This document shows positions 62,133 to 64,000 of a stretch of 64,000 nucleotides of DNA, piece by piece. The translations under genes were made by a program, and so were the position numbers. This DNA comes from Thalia democratica (lineage: Eukaryota): the NCBI GenBank assembly GCA_965202585.1, contig CBDBBG010000089.1, forward strand, positions 1-64,000, read 5' to 3'. The notes under the pieces were generated by a model. The model was not told where the DNA came from. It was given only the letters and a program-made list of their open reading frames with translations, and did no database searches. Position 1 is the first letter of the stretch, and each line of letters opens with the position of its first letter.

Positions 62133-64000
62133 ACATTCAAAAAAAAACTTTAAGTCTGTATTTATAATTTGTTTGATCGACTTATTTACAATTAAAATTA
62201 GTAATAAATGACACACTTTTTCAAATTTTATATTTAAGTTTTTTTTAAAAAGATTATTTGTTAACAATTCTTGGATAATTTTGTAAGTCAAAACCTAATG
62301 TGTTCAAAAATAAAACAAGTGCCATCTAATTATAGTAAAGATGGTAATAATTTTGAGACAACAGGCTGAATTTAACAAAAAAAGTTTTCGCGGATTGGAT
62401 TAGTGAGAATTTTTAATGAATTAACGAATATTGAAAAGTTACAGAAAAAAAGTAAAAATACTTGTACAAAATAAATTTTGTATAAAAACAATATTTTTTT
62501 CAAACGTTACTGTGTGCTAAGTATCGTATACTCAGAAAATTCTAACTTAATTGTTAATAAAATCCTAAATTTATTTATTTTACAAGTTAAATATACGTCG
62601 CGGTACGTTATTTTGAGTCGTAAGACCTATTCAAAAATGTTTAAAGATAAGTTTAAGATAGCAAACAACGAAACTTTTATTATTCAAATTCACTACAAAC
62701 ATATTTCGAAAATACTTCAAAATTCATAATAATGTTCTTTAAAATGCAGCTTATTCTTAGTTATAACAGTGAATCTACTAAAAATAAGCATTCATTAATT
62801 ATGATATAAAACTTATGAAAAGCAGCGAAATTAAGTACTAAATGCTTGTTATTTACGAGTAAAATGTATTTACTAACTCATACAGTAGTATTAATTTTAA
62901 ATTTGTTCATGCGAAACTTGTTTAGAATTTTAGTTTTGTTTCTATATGTTACCTTAAAGGAAAACAATAGTTTTTTGTCAAGTTAGAACAACAAGTATTA
63001 ATACATTAGACTGAGAAAAAAAAGTACTAGCAAAAGAATGTTGGAGTTATGTAAAAAAATACTATTAGACTTTTTAAATTAAAAAATGTTTTGCAAAATA
63101 AAGTGAACATTTCTAAGCATCTTTTAGTAAGAAAATTCTACTAAGTATCTAAGTACTACAAACTTATCATCACAGACATAAGGATTTTCATAGTCGTATA
63201 ATTTACATTAAAAAAATTAGTTTTTCTTCCGTGACTTTTCACATATTTTATAACTATTTACAAAGTTTTATTTTTCATGGCTGAGTATTATATAACTCTC
63301 AAACCTGTACTTTCTAGGATTATTGTGCACCTTACCCATTTGGAAAAAAGGAAAAACTATAAATGTTATTATTAATGGTAAAGATGCGCTAGATAACTTT
63401 AACGAAAGAACGTATATTCTTACTATTAATGAAATTTATTACTGTAATTATATAAGCAAATGTATCATAGTTCGAAAACTTAATTAAAAAGTTCTTAAAA
63501 CTATTATTACTTTACAATTTTCAAGATTCACTGTCTACACACTGTATCATAATAATTCAGTAGAACATACATGTATAAAGCTTAGATCATACATTTATTA
63601 AACTTTTGATTTTTAAAATATTTTCTTGTTTTTGGCAAATCATCTAACTAAATAAAGGTCGTTTCTTTCTGAACATACACTTTATTTGAATATATAAATG
63701 TTTAACTAAATCTTAAAAAACTATGATCAGTTTATATAGGTTACATTAATATCTTATGTTCGTTTATTGTTTTAAGTTTTTAAAAAATACTGTTTCTAAA
63801 AACTATCTTTTCAGGTTGTTTATAACAGTTTTATACAAAAATAAAGAAACTTTTTATGAGCTATTTTTTTTAAACTGAGGTAATACCAAACTACTAACCT
63901 AAAAAACGTACAACCTAAGTTTTAAAAAAAACCTAAACTTTTTTAACTTAGTTTTAAAATAGATAATACTTTGTTGTCATTTATAATTCAGTTGTATAAA

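Noticed and set aside
3688-62729. Remaining short track ORFs (e.g. 3688, 5960, 6311, 8965, 18767, 19197, 24261, 26362, 27370, 29260, 32317, 34574, 36640, 38497, 39345, 43671, 48878, 49382, 49410, 51294, 51651, 55124, 59462, 61421, 61693, 62478)
   Set aside because: They are antisense or alternate-frame shadows of real genes and TEs, or low-complexity AT-rich frames (F/L/K/I-biased, often TTG/GTG starts) with no domain signal.

Overview
Very AT-rich (roughly 75% by eye) eukaryotic genomic DNA, most likely an invertebrate animal; the species cannot be determined from the sequence. There is one 100-N assembly gap. No bacterial, CRISPR, rRNA/tRNA or viral hallmark genes were seen. Every host gene or gene relic I can recognise encodes a ubiquitin-ligase-type module (RING fingers or Kelch/BACK propellers), set among DNA transposons (hAT, Tc1/mariner-type and Merlin-type MITEs) and a Penelope-like retroelement. 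The main result is that three separate minus-strand ORFs (40456-39755, 39436-39077, 38566-37661) join through two GT-AG phase-1 introns into one 680-aa RING-H2 + coiled-coil + six-blade Kelch protein, an architecture I do not recognise from standard families. Also present: a family of RING genes with a VRLDC-x3-H motif (one intact, two pseudogenes, one of them hidden from the ORF track); a second, orphan Kelch exon; a BACK-Kelch gene apparently interrupted by a nested 6-kb transposon stack; an intronless C3HC4 RING gene with an unrecognised N-terminus; and two degenerate hammerhead-like RNA folds. All calls come from manual reading and translation, with no database searches, and some frameshifts could be assembly errors.
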